A stretch of 64,000 bases of DNA from Candidatus Altimarinota bacterium (GTDB lineage Bacteria > Patescibacteriota > Gracilibacteria > UBA1369 > GCA-2718715): NCBI GenBank assembly GCA_041242255.1, contig JBESAV010000001.1, forward strand, positions 64,001-128,000, in the 5' to 3' direction. The notes beneath the pieces were generated by a model that saw only the letters and a program-made list of their open reading frames with translations, ran no database searches and was not told where the DNA came from. This document shows positions 10,459 to 20,225 of the stretch, in pieces (the stretch's first letter is position 1; the number at the start of each line of letters is the position of its first letter). The translations under genes and the position numbers were made by a program.

Positions 10459-10589
10459 AATAACTTGTTTCTAAATTTTTATTTTTACGATACAATTCCT
10501 GATGTCATAGCCTCAAAACCGCTTGATCAATGACTAGACGGGGCAAAATATAACAACTTATCCTAAAATACACAAGTTAAATTTCCCAA

Positions 10590-11204
10590 ATGTTCAACCA
10601 AAACTTCCTATTATTCCTCATAGCAATCATTGCCGCACTCACAGTTCATGAAGCTGCTCACGCTTTAGTAGCATACAAATTAGGTGATTCTACAGCCAAA
10701 GATGAAGGCAGACTAACACTCAACCCACTCAAACATCTAGACCCTTGGGGTAGCCTTCTTTTCTTACTTGTACAATTTGGATGGGGTAAACCAATCCCAG
10801 TAAATCCTATCAACTTCAAAAATCCAAAGAGAGACCAAGCCCTCGTAGCATTAGCTGGCCCAGCTTCCAACCTTCTCTTAGCCCTTTTAGGAGGTATAAT
10901 CTTCACATACATCCCACAAGCTGAAACCTTCGGACTAATCTTCTTACAAATAAACATTGTCTTAGCTATCTTCAATCTTATCCCACTTCCACCATTAGAT
11001 GGATCAAAGATCTTAGGTATCTTCCTCAACGACAACCAATTCATCCGATACCAAAACTTCATCCAAAACTATAGTGGATACATAATTTTAGGAGTATTTG
11101 TTGATCTAGTAATCCTTCCAGAAATCATAAATTTCTCCGTAATAGGATTAATTGTTAACACCTTCACAGCTGTTATCCAAGCTTTCCTTTTAGCAGGAAT
11201 CTAG
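10590..11204 (+). CDS. Site-2 protease (M50)
   Basis: HEAAH, AGPASN and NLIPLPPLDG. Confidence 0.92.
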   Translation: MFNQNFLLFLIAIIAALTVHEAAHALVAYKLGDSTAKDEGRLTLNPLKHLDPWGSLLFLLVQFGWGKPIPVNPINFKNPKRDQALVALAGPASNLLLALLGGIIFTYIPQAETFGLIFLQINIVLAIFNLIPLPPLDGSKILGIFLNDNQFIRYQNFIQNYSGYIILGVFVDLVILPEIINFSVIGLIVNTFTAVIQAFLLAGI

Positions 11205-11283
11205 TTAACGCAAACAACATCACCAGCTTTCCGCAAAACCGCTTTCTTGCCAACATCTTCCAGAGCTACATATAATTATCTAC

Positions 11284-11437
11284 AGCTCTGTTCTTTCACG
11301 TTTGAGTTTAAATTACTTTCTCGTCTATCACCACTTCAAGGGAGGTCAACATTTCTCAGGTCCGAGGATTTGGGGTGCGATCACCCACTTCACTTATAAG
11401 GCGCAGGTGCCTTTAAGCGGACGGCTGGGATGGAGCT
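11284..11437 (+). ncRNA. ssrS: Probable 6S RNA
   Basis: TTGCCA-N18-TATAAT promoter (11247-11276); ends pair as a rod (AGCTCTGTTCT/GGGATGGAGCT); GGGAG...CCCAC...GCAGGT...ACGGC elements recalled from Firmicute-type 6S; followed by a terminator. Confidence 0.7.
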
Positions 11438-11440
11438 TTC

Positions 11441-11468
11441 AAAAGACCACGTAATCGTGGTCTTTTTT
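11441..11468. terminator. Intrinsic terminator
   Basis: AAAAGACCACG-TAAT-CGTGGTCTTTTTT. Confidence 0.8.
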
Positions 11469-11505
11469 AATAACTAAAATTTCATACACAAAAATATGAA
11501 TATAA

Positions 11506-12024
11506 TTATTTATTCCAAGGCATAACACCTAAAATTTTAGCCATACCACACCAACCAGTAACTCCGGCAAAAACTAACCCAACTCCCACAAACGCAGACA
11601 ACCAAATAGCATACCAATTCCAAAATAAAGCCAAAGCTACTCCGATCAAAACAAGACAACCTGCCGCAATCAAAACTTGCCTTATAATTGGCAAACCACC
11701 TCCCCCACTCTCAAGAGGCAATCCCTCAGCTTTCCACTGGAGCAAGCCACCATCTACATTAACCAATTCAGTATCAATCTCACCTAATTTTTCAATAGCC
11801 TTCATACTTCTACCACCACTTTTACAAGTCACATACACTTTCTCATACTTACAAAATTGATCGGCATATTTCTCAACTTTATCTAAAGGAATATTTTCAA
11901 AACCTTTAATGTGTTCTTCTTTAAACTCAACATCAGTACGAACATCAACAAAATGAACTAGATTTAAATCTTCATTTTGAAGAGCACTTCTCACCTCTCT
12001 TACTTTACAATGCAACATACACAA
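11506..12024 (-). CDS. Rhodanese domain + DUF2892 membrane protein (YgaP-like)
   Basis: VDVR, CKSGGRS active loop; C-terminal GLVFAGVTGWCGMA...MPWN. Confidence 0.9.
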   Translation of the reverse strand: MCMLHCKVREVRSALQNEDLNLVHFVDVRTDVEFKEEHIKGFENIPLDKVEKYADQFCKYEKVYVTCKSGGRSMKAIEKLGEIDTELVNVDGGLLQWKAEGLPLESGGGGLPIIRQVLIAAGCLVLIGVALALFWNWYAIWLSAFVGVGLVFAGVTGWCGMAKILGVMPWNK

Positions 12025-12097
12025 AAATTATTATCTCTATAAAATATATACCTTACAAAACCAAAACAAAATGTATCTTCAATCCTACATATCTTTA

Positions 12098-12667
12098 CTA
12101 ACCAATTTCATCATTCACCCCAAACCAAACTTGATCAGAAGTATACTCAACGTAACAATCTGAATCACAATAATTATCATTGTTTACCACAACAAACACC
12201 TCATATTCTCTAAAAAAATTATTCAAACATTCCAATAACTCAAGAGACTCCAATCTACAGATACGATTAACCGCAGAAATTTCATCACTGCTATCCATGT
12301 ACAGCACTCCAGCCGAGTAATTAACTCCAGTCCGAACAGACATCAATTCTACAGAATCACTCATATGCCTCATAGCTCTTAAAGCTAATAGAATCTTCAT
12401 CAAGTCAGACTTATCCGACCACAACAAGTTATAAAGTATAACCCACTCAGGCGAGACCAATAAATTAGAAACAGTCACAAAACTTATTCGATCAACAACC
12501 AAAGCAATATCAACTTCCACAAAACTCTCAAAACACACTGCCAAACTTGCTCTTACCTCCTCCACTAAATCATACAAATCATCACTCTGAAACTCAGGGT
12601 ATTTCTCCAAAAACCTATCTATATATCCTTTCTCTAACTCAATCATTATTTCCAAAATTAATATCAT
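12098..12667 (-). CDS. Hypothetical protein
   Basis: 189-aa ORF overlapping the upstream gene; start probably the second Met. Confidence 0.55.
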   Translation of the reverse strand: MILILEIMIELEKGYIDRFLEKYPEFQSDDLYDLVEEVRASLAVCFESFVEVDIALVVDRISFVTVSNLLVSPEWVILYNLLWSDKSDLMKILLALRAMRHMSDSVELMSVRTGVNYSAGVLYMDSSDEISAVNRICRLESLELLECLNNFFREYEVFVVVNNDNYCDSDCYVEYTSDQVWFGVNDEIG

Positions 12668-13826
12668 CCCTCAGACTCATGGCATATTCAAAGTCGTACT
12701 TAGGCAATTCGATCTCATTTTCATTATAAAAATCCCGAACTTCTTCTAACATACTCAAAGGAAATTTACCTCCCCACAACAAACTAATGTCTTCAGCTGA
12801 AGCAGTCTCCATAAAATCAACAACTCTCCGCAAACCAATTGAGTAAGCACATTCTTTATTAAAACGATTATAACTCAAGACCCTTATTGCATATCTATAC
12901 GCTTCCTTCATGATCACAACTTTACTCTTTGATGTATCCAAACCAAAAATACTTTCATACGTATCATATATTTTTTGAGCTGAAATTTCTGGTTCTTTCA
13001 GCATTCTTGCTGTTACCACTACATTTGCCGCCCGCTTCAAAGTCCATAAATTTTCTTTTATTTCTTCATGACTCATTCCCATACCTCTCATCTCAGTATA
13101 AACCGCAACCCCCTCTTCATCCGTATAGTAACAATCCACACCATTCATTAAAGGGTCAAAGCCAGTCAAATCACCATTATACTTTCTAAATGCATGCCCA
13201 CAAACTTCATGAAAAAACAATCCTTGCACCTTCGCTCTAGAACGTTTCCTTTTTCTCGGAACAAGGACTCGCCTAGATGAATGACTAAAACTCATCGAAG
13301 TGTATTTACTTGGACGAATCTCATAACCAGACTCTACAAAAAATTCTTGCCCAAATTCATAAAAAGCTCTTCTTATTTCAGACCCATTCATAAGTTGTTT
13401 CTCTCTTTTTTCAGATAAATTCTCAGAATCATAATTTTCAATATAACTCTCAGCTTCCAAAATCATCTTTCTATCAGGACAACCATAAACATCCATTGAT
13501 AGTTTGAGATTACTATCACCAAAGAAAAAATTATGAGTAAACTGAAAATCTGATAATTTCTTCCGATAGTACTCTCTCCACAAAACAGATTCACTAGTAT
13601 CTTCACTTTTAAGCTTCCTCAACATTTTATGAATCAAACGACTTCCATGAACTACCTCCCAAACTTCCATACCCCTTTTATAACTCGCCTTCTCCAAAAC
13701 CTCACCGATACTCAACTCCCCTTCTACAAAAGCTTTCTCTAACTTCTGAGGATCATTAAGCTTAGACGAAGAAATTGGACTAACACTTCTAACCGGCCGA
13801 TTTAAATCTTCAAAATCACGATACAT
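12639..13826 (-). CDS. DUF1704/MATCAP-like zinc metallopeptidase
   Basis: HEVCGH (HExxxH), EEGVA, K-x-x-x-Y-x-x-G and GK motifs. Confidence 0.65.
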   Translation of the reverse strand: MYRDFEDLNRPVRSVSPISSSKLNDPQKLEKAFVEGELSIGEVLEKASYKRGMEVWEVVHGSRLIHKMLRKLKSEDTSESVLWREYYRKKLSDFQFTHNFFFGDSNLKLSMDVYGCPDRKMILEAESYIENYDSENLSEKREKQLMNGSEIRRAFYEFGQEFFVESGYEIRPSKYTSMSFSHSSRRVLVPRKRKRSRAKVQGLFFHEVCGHAFRKYNGDLTGFDPLMNGVDCYYTDEEGVAVYTEMRGMGMSHEEIKENLWTLKRAANVVVTARMLKEPEISAQKIYDTYESIFGLDTSKSKVVIMKEAYRYAIRVLSYNRFNKECAYSIGLRRVVDFMETASAEDISLLWGGKFPLSMLEEVRDFYNENEIELPKYDFEYAMSLRDDINFGNND

Positions 13827-13934
13827 ATAAAAAATTTCATAGATATTATTAAATCACCAAAACACAAAAAGTCAACAACTCTTTACATCTAGCCATTTCC
13901 CCGTATACTCCAGCCAACAATAAACACCAATCAA

Positions 13935-15713
13935 ATGGAAATCAGAAATATAGCCATCATCGCCCACGTAGATCATGGTAAAACAACTCTAACCGACGCC
14001 CTCCTTTCCCAAACTGGGATGATCCAAGGTGGATCAATGGACAGCAACCAATTAGAGCAAGAAAGAGGAATCACAATTTACTCAAAACCAACAACTCTTT
14101 ACTACAAAGACACAAAGATCAACATCGTTGATACTCCAGGTCATGCCGATTTCGGATCAGAAGTAGAGCGTGTCCTAAGATCAATCGACTGTGTACTCTT
14201 AATAGTAGACGCCCAAGAAGGACCAATGCCACAGACAAAATTCGTACTTAAAAAGTCCCTTCAACTAGGTCTTAAACCAATCGTAGTTCTAAACAAGATC
14301 GACAAACCAGCCGCTCAACCAGACAGAGTACTTGAAGAAGTTCAAGAACTTTTCCTAGAACTAGATGCCAACGACGAACAATTTGATTTCCCATACATCT
14401 ACGCAATCGGTAAAGACGGTATCGCTAAAACTTCACTAGATGATAATTCACAAAACCTAGACCCACTTCTAGACATGATCCTAGAAAAAGTACCAGCAGC
14501 AGAAGCAGACACTTCTAAAGCCTTCCGCATGCAACCATTCAACCTTGGTTACGACGACTTCATCGGAAGACTTGGAATCGGAAGAATCTACGAAGGAACA
14601 GTAAAATCAGGTCAAAAAGTATTCATCAAAAACCACAACGGGGAAACAAGATCAGGAACTATCAGCAAACTCCAACAGTTCAAAGGATTTGAAACCATCG
14701 AAGTTAAAGAAGCCCACGCAGGTGACCTAGTAATGATCGCAGGTATCGCTGATCTAGACATCGGAGAAACAATTACTTCAGACGACAACGCAGAACTTCT
14801 CCCAGCTATCAACGTAGACGAACCAACTATCGCAATGGACTTCATCGTAAACGACTCTCCATTTGCAGGTAAAGAAGGGAAATTCGTAACAACTCGTCAG
14901 ATCAGAGACAGACTAGAAAAAGAACTAGAGATCAACGTAGGTCTACGTATCGAATTCCCAGAAAATTCAGACAGATTCAAAGTATACGGACGTGGAGAAC
15001 TTCACATCGCCATCCTACTTGAACAAATGGCCAGAGAAGGATTTGAGCTTCAAGTCAGCCAACCACAAGCCATCATCAAGGAAGTAGATGGACAACAAGT
15101 TGAACCATTTGAAGAAGTTACTATCGATTGTCCTTCAGAGTTCACAGGAACAGTTATCGAAAAACTTGGAAAAAGAAAAGGGTCAATGACCAACATGATC
15201 AACAAAGGAAACATCACCAGATTACTCTTCGAAATCCCTTCAAGAGGTCTACTCGGTTTCCGTGGTCAGTTCGTAGTTGATACCAAAGGTGAAGGAATCC
15301 TTTCAAGCCAAGGTCTTGGATTTAGACCATATGCTGGACCAATCGAAAAACACCAAACTGGATCAATGATCTCAATGGACACTGGTAAAGCTCTTGGTTA
15401 CGCCCTAGCCAACCTCCAACAAAGAGGAGTTCTATACATTGAACCAAACACTGAAGTTTACGAAGGTATGGTTATCGGAAACACAGCCAACGGAATGGAT
15501 CTAATAGTAAATCCACTCAAAGGTAAAAAACTAACCAACGTCCGAGCCTCAGGTTCAGACGACGCCCTCAATCTAACACCTCCAAAGAAAGTTACTCTTG
15601 AAACCGGAATGGAAATCATGAAAGAAGATGAATTCCTAGAAATCACTCCAGAAAATGTCCGCATCCGAAAACAACACCTCAAAGAGGCCGACCGAAAAAG
15701 AGCTTCTAAATAA
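13935..15713 (+). CDS. typA: Translational GTPase TypA/BipA
   Basis: IRNIAIIAHVDHGKTT, DTPGHADF, NKID, GRGELH and LTNVRASGSD. Confidence 0.98.
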   Translation: MEIRNIAIIAHVDHGKTTLTDALLSQTGMIQGGSMDSNQLEQERGITIYSKPTTLYYKDTKINIVDTPGHADFGSEVERVLRSIDCVLLIVDAQEGPMPQTKFVLKKSLQLGLKPIVVLNKIDKPAAQPDRVLEEVQELFLELDANDEQFDFPYIYAIGKDGIAKTSLDDNSQNLDPLLDMILEKVPAAEADTSKAFRMQPFNLGYDDFIGRLGIGRIYEGTVKSGQKVFIKNHNGETRSGTISKLQQFKGFETIEVKEAHAGDLVMIAGIADLDIGETITSDDNAELLPAINVDEPTIAMDFIVNDSPFAGKEGKFVTTRQIRDRLEKELEINVGLRIEFPENSDRFKVYGRGELHIAILLEQMAREGFELQVSQPQAIIKEVDGQQVEPFEEVTIDCPSEFTGTVIEKLGKRKGSMTNMINKGNITRLLFEIPSRGLLGFRGQFVVDTKGEGILSSQGLGFRPYAGPIEKHQTGSMISMDTGKALGYALANLQQRGVLYIEPNTEVYEGMVIGNTANGMDLIVNPLKGKKLTNVRASGSDDALNLTPPKKVTLETGMEIMKEDEFLEITPENVRIRKQHLKEADRKRASK

Positions 15714-15720
15714 ACAAACT

Positions 15721-15744
15721 AAACCAGGTGAAAACCTGGTTTTT
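15721..15744. terminator. Intrinsic terminator
   Basis: AAACCAGGT-GAAA-ACCTGGTTTTT. Confidence 0.75.
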
Positions 15745-15749
15745 ATTTA

Positions 15750-16655
15750 TCATCCTATCAACACATCCACCAAGGACTCATGAAAAGCTCTTACAGACGG
15801 ACTCCCAAAAGTTTTATCCAGACCCACTGAACCATTCACTTCCACCAACTTTATACCTTCCCTAGTATTCATGCAGTCATAAGCCAAAATCCGCTGCACT
15901 GGATTTTCACTAAACAATTTCTCTTCAAGTTTTTTTGCAAATTCAACAAACTCCACAGGTACATCATTTTTTTCAAAGACATGTCTAGTAGCACCCTGCG
16001 CAAAATTCGTCAGCAAACTTCCTTTCTTAGGAATACGTAAAACACCATACATAAGCTCTCCGTTCACCATTATCAATCTAAAATCATGAACTCCGTCCAC
16101 AATATCCTTAAACCCACAAGAGCTATCAATCAACTTCTGCACCACGTATTCATCATCAAAAAACTCAGCTTTCTCTAAGATATCTTCAACAGTTCCAATC
16201 AACACTTCCCTTCCACTAGAACCTTTGTTTGGCTTAAAAACAGCTACTTCATTTCTATCAAAATTTTGACTTACTACCTTCTCCAAATCATTTTGATTCC
16301 TAAGCAAAAAAGTTTTAGGACTAGCCTCACCAACCTTTTCAGCCAACATAAACTTATCCATCGTAAGCTGATCAATCCATGGATCAGTCACAACTCTAAT
16401 ATCATCAAACCCAAATCTTCCTTTATTATAAATCACCTTAACTTTCACTTCCCCAGCCTCAATAAAAGCACCATCATTCATCAACCATGATTCAGAAAAG
16501 TGACCATTACCCAAGTAGGTTTCACTTCCTCTCAAAATTCTATACTCATGACCTTTATCCAAAATCGCCTGTATCAACTCACTATATGCATCCACATAAT
16601 ATTTATCACCAAAAGGATAAATATCATACCTATCCTTAAAAAAGATCCCTATCAT
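15750..16655 (-). CDS. RimK-like ATP-grasp ligase
   Basis: KPNKGSSG, VVQKLI, HDFR, TNFAQG and VEVN. Confidence 0.85.
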   Translation of the reverse strand: MIGIFFKDRYDIYPFGDKYYVDAYSELIQAILDKGHEYRILRGSETYLGNGHFSESWLMNDGAFIEAGEVKVKVIYNKGRFGFDDIRVVTDPWIDQLTMDKFMLAEKVGEASPKTFLLRNQNDLEKVVSQNFDRNEVAVFKPNKGSSGREVLIGTVEDILEKAEFFDDEYVVQKLIDSSCGFKDIVDGVHDFRLIMVNGELMYGVLRIPKKGSLLTNFAQGATRHVFEKNDVPVEFVEFAKKLEEKLFSENPVQRILAYDCMNTREGIKLVEVNGSVGLDKTFGSPSVRAFHESLVDVLIG

Positions 16656-17899
16656 ATCGATTCTTTTACAACATAAGTACTAGCTGGATAATCCATCATA
16701 TTTTGCATAAAATCTCTAAAGCCTGATTCACGCATATGACCGCGCCCCATAAAACTCGTCCCTTTTATCAAACCATGCTTTTGGTTAAACCATTCAGTAG
16801 AAAAATCCGGATATAACTCAGTAACAACAAACTCTTCCTCCGTACAAATCGGTACAAAATCTGAATCAACCCAAGTCGCCACATTCCCTAATTCATGTAC
16901 TCCAAAAACTCTAACATCATCAGGCAAATAATTTCTTCTTACAGTTTTATAAGTCTTTCCTGTATGTATACGGTGCCATTGAGCTTCTTTTATAGGACTC
17001 CCACCAAGATACCTAGAAATAGCATTTGCTTCATATCTATTTAACATAGCTGGCCAAGCCAACGGTAACAACTCTAGTTGATTTGTTAAAGTCTTATAAT
17101 GATATTCCCCATTAACATTTATAAAATTAAAAGGCATACCTCTATCTCTTGTCCTATCCAGATGTCCTTCAAAATCAAAGACCCCTCTCCATAAACCATC
17201 ATCTTCATAACCACCATCCCTTATAAAATCAACTACTTGAGTATTTGTAATCGGATATTTCGAAACCTCAAATCCCTCTAAAATTTCTGAAGCTAAACCT
17301 TGTTCATTATCCCACATAAAAGCATCTACAGAATCGTTATATTGACCAGCACCATAATCAACCCTACCTCCACCCACTTCAACAAACTCCAACTCAACTC
17401 TTTCCATTTCATAAGAATTCAAATCCATTCTTTCTCTATGCTTCTTCATAGAATCAAGTTTGCATATATGAGGAAAAGTAGTTTGATGGTGTAGATTCTC
17501 GTGCTCAATTCCCATCATAATAGCAAAAGCAATTCTCTCATCATTCAAACCACCACTACATATAACTTGTAGAACATCATGATAAAAACGAACTCTATAC
17601 CTATTAAGTTCTTCTAAATCACATCTTTTAAAAGTATCTAAATCATCAATAGAATCAGGACTAACTCCACGCTCAAACAAAACATCAAATTCGTGGTGCT
17701 CTAAATCACAACCAACTTGCTGTAATTTACTTCTAGTAAATGCAGCAGTATGTCCCAAATAAAATAACAACTCTCTTCTTAAAGGATCAGGTTGCTCAGT
17801 CAAAAATTCAAGAAGAACTAAACTAAATAAATTATCATAATCCTTGTAAGATCTAGTGACCTCTGAATAAAACTTCGCCTCTAAACGTTTATTGTTCAT
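16652..17899 (-). CDS. OvoA/EgtB-like sulfoxide synthase homolog (DinB_2 + FGE-sulfatase), no methyltransferase domain
   Basis: LLFYLGHTAAF and MGIEHENLHHQT metal motifs, WDNE, SKYPITN. Confidence 0.75.
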   Translation of the reverse strand: MNNKRLEAKFYSEVTRSYKDYDNLFSLVLLEFLTEQPDPLRRELLFYLGHTAAFTRSKLQQVGCDLEHHEFDVLFERGVSPDSIDDLDTFKRCDLEELNRYRVRFYHDVLQVICSGGLNDERIAFAIMMGIEHENLHHQTTFPHICKLDSMKKHRERMDLNSYEMERVELEFVEVGGGRVDYGAGQYNDSVDAFMWDNEQGLASEILEGFEVSKYPITNTQVVDFIRDGGYEDDGLWRGVFDFEGHLDRTRDRGMPFNFINVNGEYHYKTLTNQLELLPLAWPAMLNRYEANAISRYLGGSPIKEAQWHRIHTGKTYKTVRRNYLPDDVRVFGVHELGNVATWVDSDFVPICTEEEFVVTELYPDFSTEWFNQKHGLIKGTSFMGRGHMRESGFRDFMQNMMDYPASTYVVKESI

Positions 17900-17952
17900 C
17901 CCATATATTTACTTGCAACAATTATCCCCTCGTCATAAAAATAATCAACAAA

Positions 17953-17982
17953 AAAGGCCCACTTATTCAAAAGTAGGCCTTT
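17953..17982 (-). terminator. Intrinsic terminator of the dienelactone hydrolase gene
   Basis: AAAGGCC.ACTT...AAGT.GGCCTTT hairpin with A-run on the + strand. Confidence 0.6.
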
Positions 17983-17995
17983 CAAAAACTAAAAA

Positions 17996-18892
17996 TTATT
18001 TCAAATTCTCACTTAGGAATTCAGTAGTTTTTTCCCATGCATCAAGTGTTTCCTCAGCTGCATAGTTTGATCCTGATGGATTTGCAAAAGCATGTCCAAC
18101 ACCATCATAGATATTAATATCATTTTCAACTCCTAACTCATCCAAAGATGATTCAAAAGCTCTAACTTCTTCTACAGGTATTCCACCATCTTCAGCTCCA
18201 AATATTCCAAGTACAGGACCAGAAATACTTTCAAGCTCTTCAGTTGATGTTACAAGATTACCATAGTAAATCACCGTAGCATCTAAGTCGCTAGCCAATG
18301 AAAGATTCAAGGACTGTTGTCCTCCGAAACACCACCCCATTGAAGCAACTCGTGTATAACCATATTCACTTTCAACCCAATCAATCGCTGATTGCATCTT
18401 AGTAACAGCTTCCTCAGGATTACTTCTTACAGAACCAGCCAATTCACCAGCCTGACTACTTTCTTCAGCAACCTCTCCATCATATAAATCTATTGCAAAC
18501 ACTCTGTACCCTTCATTTGCTAATAAATCAGCCATATATTCGATATTATCATTTAGCCCCCACCACTCATGAATCATTACAACCAAAGGTAATTCTTCCT
18601 CAACATTGGCTGCAGCCATGTATCCTTGAAAACCATCTTCCACAACGTCCATACTTACGATTTCATCTCCAAACTCCTGATCAAACAACATTCTATTGTT
18701 ATCTTCAGCAGTGATACATTCACCATTTTCATCGATTTCATCTTCCTGACATCCCATATGGTTCTCCATATCTTTCATGTCATCCATATTGGACATTTCG
18801 TCTGTATTTGGAGTCATCTGAGCACACCCAGCCAACACCAAAGCCAAAACAATCAAAGATAATTTTCTCATATTTTTTGTTAAATTATTCAA
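17996..18892 (-). CDS. Dienelactone hydrolase family lipoprotein
   Basis: Lipobox LAGC; HEWWGLN, GWCFGG and GHAFANPSG. Confidence 0.9.
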   Translation of the reverse strand: MNNLTKNMRKLSLIVLALVLAGCAQMTPNTDEMSNMDDMKDMENHMGCQEDEIDENGECITAEDNNRMLFDQEFGDEIVSMDVVEDGFQGYMAAANVEEELPLVVMIHEWWGLNDNIEYMADLLANEGYRVFAIDLYDGEVAEESSQAGELAGSVRSNPEEAVTKMQSAIDWVESEYGYTRVASMGWCFGGQQSLNLSLASDLDATVIYYGNLVTSTEELESISGPVLGIFGAEDGGIPVEEVRAFESSLDELGVENDINIYDGVGHAFANPSGSNYAAEETLDAWEKTTEFLSENLK

Positions 18893-18942
18893 TCCATATT
18901 ATGAAACCTCTCCAGCCTAAACTCAAGGTAAACTCAAAACAA

Positions 18943-18971
18943 TTGATCTCCCCCCAACAACTTGCTAATAT
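18943..18971 (+). promoter_or_regulatory. Sigma70-type promoter of the tRNA-Thr locus
   Basis: TTGATC-N17-TAATAT with extended TG, 46 nt upstream of the tRNA 5' end. Confidence 0.6.
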
Positions 18972-19017
18972 CCCCATACTTAAAAGAACAGCGTATCCAG
19001 GGATACGCCCATCAAAA

Positions 19018-19057
19018 GCCGCCGTAGCTCAGTTGGTAGAGCGCACCCATGGTAAGG
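19018..19057 (+). tRNA. 5' half of the disrupted host tRNA-Thr(GGT) (attL)
   Basis: GCCGCCG-TA-GCTC-AGTTGGTA-GAGC-G-CACCC-ATGGTAA-GG then unrelated sequence; its stems pair only with the fragment at 26496-26540. Confidence 0.93.
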
Positions 19058-19185
19058 ATACGGACGTCGGGACAATGCAAGGATTTGACTTTAAACTAAA
19101 GCATAACCTACAATCCCAACACGGTCAATAAACCACCCCTGAAAATATAGGGACATCGGCTTAGGTAAAAAAGTACACATATCAC

Positions 19186-19261
19186 GCCATCTTAGCTCAG
19201 TCGGTAGAGCGCCGCCATGGTAAGGCGGAGGTCGGCAGTTCAAATCTGCTAGATGGCTCCA
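19186..19261 (+). tRNA. Complete element-borne tRNA-Thr(GGT)
   Basis: GCCATCT/AGATGGC acceptor, CCGCC-ATGGTAA-GGCGG anticodon arm, GGCAG-TTCAAAT-CTGCT T arm, TCCA end; 76 nt. Confidence 0.96.
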
Positions 19262-19316
19262 TTTCCATTTCGAACCAGAGATACCTCGTGAATTAATATT
19301 CACTAAGCTCTTTAAA

Positions 19317-20213
19317 ATGGAAAACAATCAAGTATGGCATTACCTACTTCGATACTTAGAATACTCAAAGGTCATTAAAAATTACTCTCAAAACACAATC
19401 AGAAGCTACAAATGCACCATCAAAAGATTTCTCAGAGAAACCAATATAAACACTACCTCAGACCTTAATAAACAAACTATTGAAAGTTGGTTCTTTAAAG
19501 GCCGTTTAGAAAGACATTGGTCACCTAGCACCTTTCGCTCTCACCTCAAGCACATCAACTGCTTGTGTAAGTGGTTAGAGAAAGAAAATCTGATAGAACA
19601 CAATCCATGCCAAGGTATTGAAAAACCAAAACTCGAACACAAACTTCCAAGAACCCTTAGCAAGGAGGAGGCTAAACTTGTCCTAGATACAACATATCAT
19701 ATGAGATACACCTACAAGTTTGAAAGATATCGAAATACCGCTCTGATCGGGATTATGCTTTATGCAGGTTTAAGACGAGGTGAAACAATGAAGCTCAAAC
19801 TTCATGATGTAAAACTTTATGAGAAAACAATCTTCCTAAAGCAAGCTAAAGGCCACAAAGATAGACTAGTCCCAATCAATACAGCCTTAGCCTCAATCCT
19901 AGAACAGTACCTTGTAGAAAGAGGTAGACTCAAGAAAGACTCAATCTACTTCTTTGTAGGAACGAATAACAACCTACCCCTTGGAGAAAAAGTATTCACA
20001 CGGTTAATGAAACAACTCAGAAAGAAAACTAAACTAGATTTTTCAGCCCATACTCTCCGCCACGCATTCGCTCGACTTATGCTAGAGGGAGGTTGTGACA
20101 TCTACACCCTCTCAAAACTGATGGGACACTCCAAAATCACAACCACTACCATTTATCTTTCATGTTCCACCGAACAGATGAGTAAATCTATTGAGATGCA
20201 CAGATTAAATTAA
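19317..20213 (+). CDS. XerC/D-like tyrosine recombinase (integrase 1)
   Basis: AGLRRGE, KGHKDR, HTLRH, LMGHS and TTIY catalytic set; SAM-like N-terminus. Confidence 0.95.
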   Translation: MENNQVWHYLLRYLEYSKVIKNYSQNTIRSYKCTIKRFLRETNINTTSDLNKQTIESWFFKGRLERHWSPSTFRSHLKHINCLCKWLEKENLIEHNPCQGIEKPKLEHKLPRTLSKEEAKLVLDTTYHMRYTYKFERYRNTALIGIMLYAGLRRGETMKLKLHDVKLYEKTIFLKQAKGHKDRLVPINTALASILEQYLVERGRLKKDSIYFFVGTNNNLPLGEKVFTRLMKQLRKKTKLDFSAHTLRHAFARLMLEGGCDIYTLSKLMGHSKITTTTIYLSCSTEQMSKSIEMHRLN

Positions 20214-20225
20214 GTGTTTTAGGAG

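Noticed and set aside
11355-11376. SRP RNA suggested by TCAGGTCC
   Set aside because: The GGAAGGAAGCAGC continuation of SRP domain IV is missing; the overall features fit 6S better.
19018-19261. Conventional tRNA restoration by a duplicated 3' end
   Set aside because: The full tRNA at 19186 pairs within itself and its stems differ from both fragments, so it is not a host/element hybrid.
18808-19327. ORFs 18808-19131 (+) and 19091-19327 (-)
   Set aside because: They overlap tRNA sequences and the att site; shadow ORFs.
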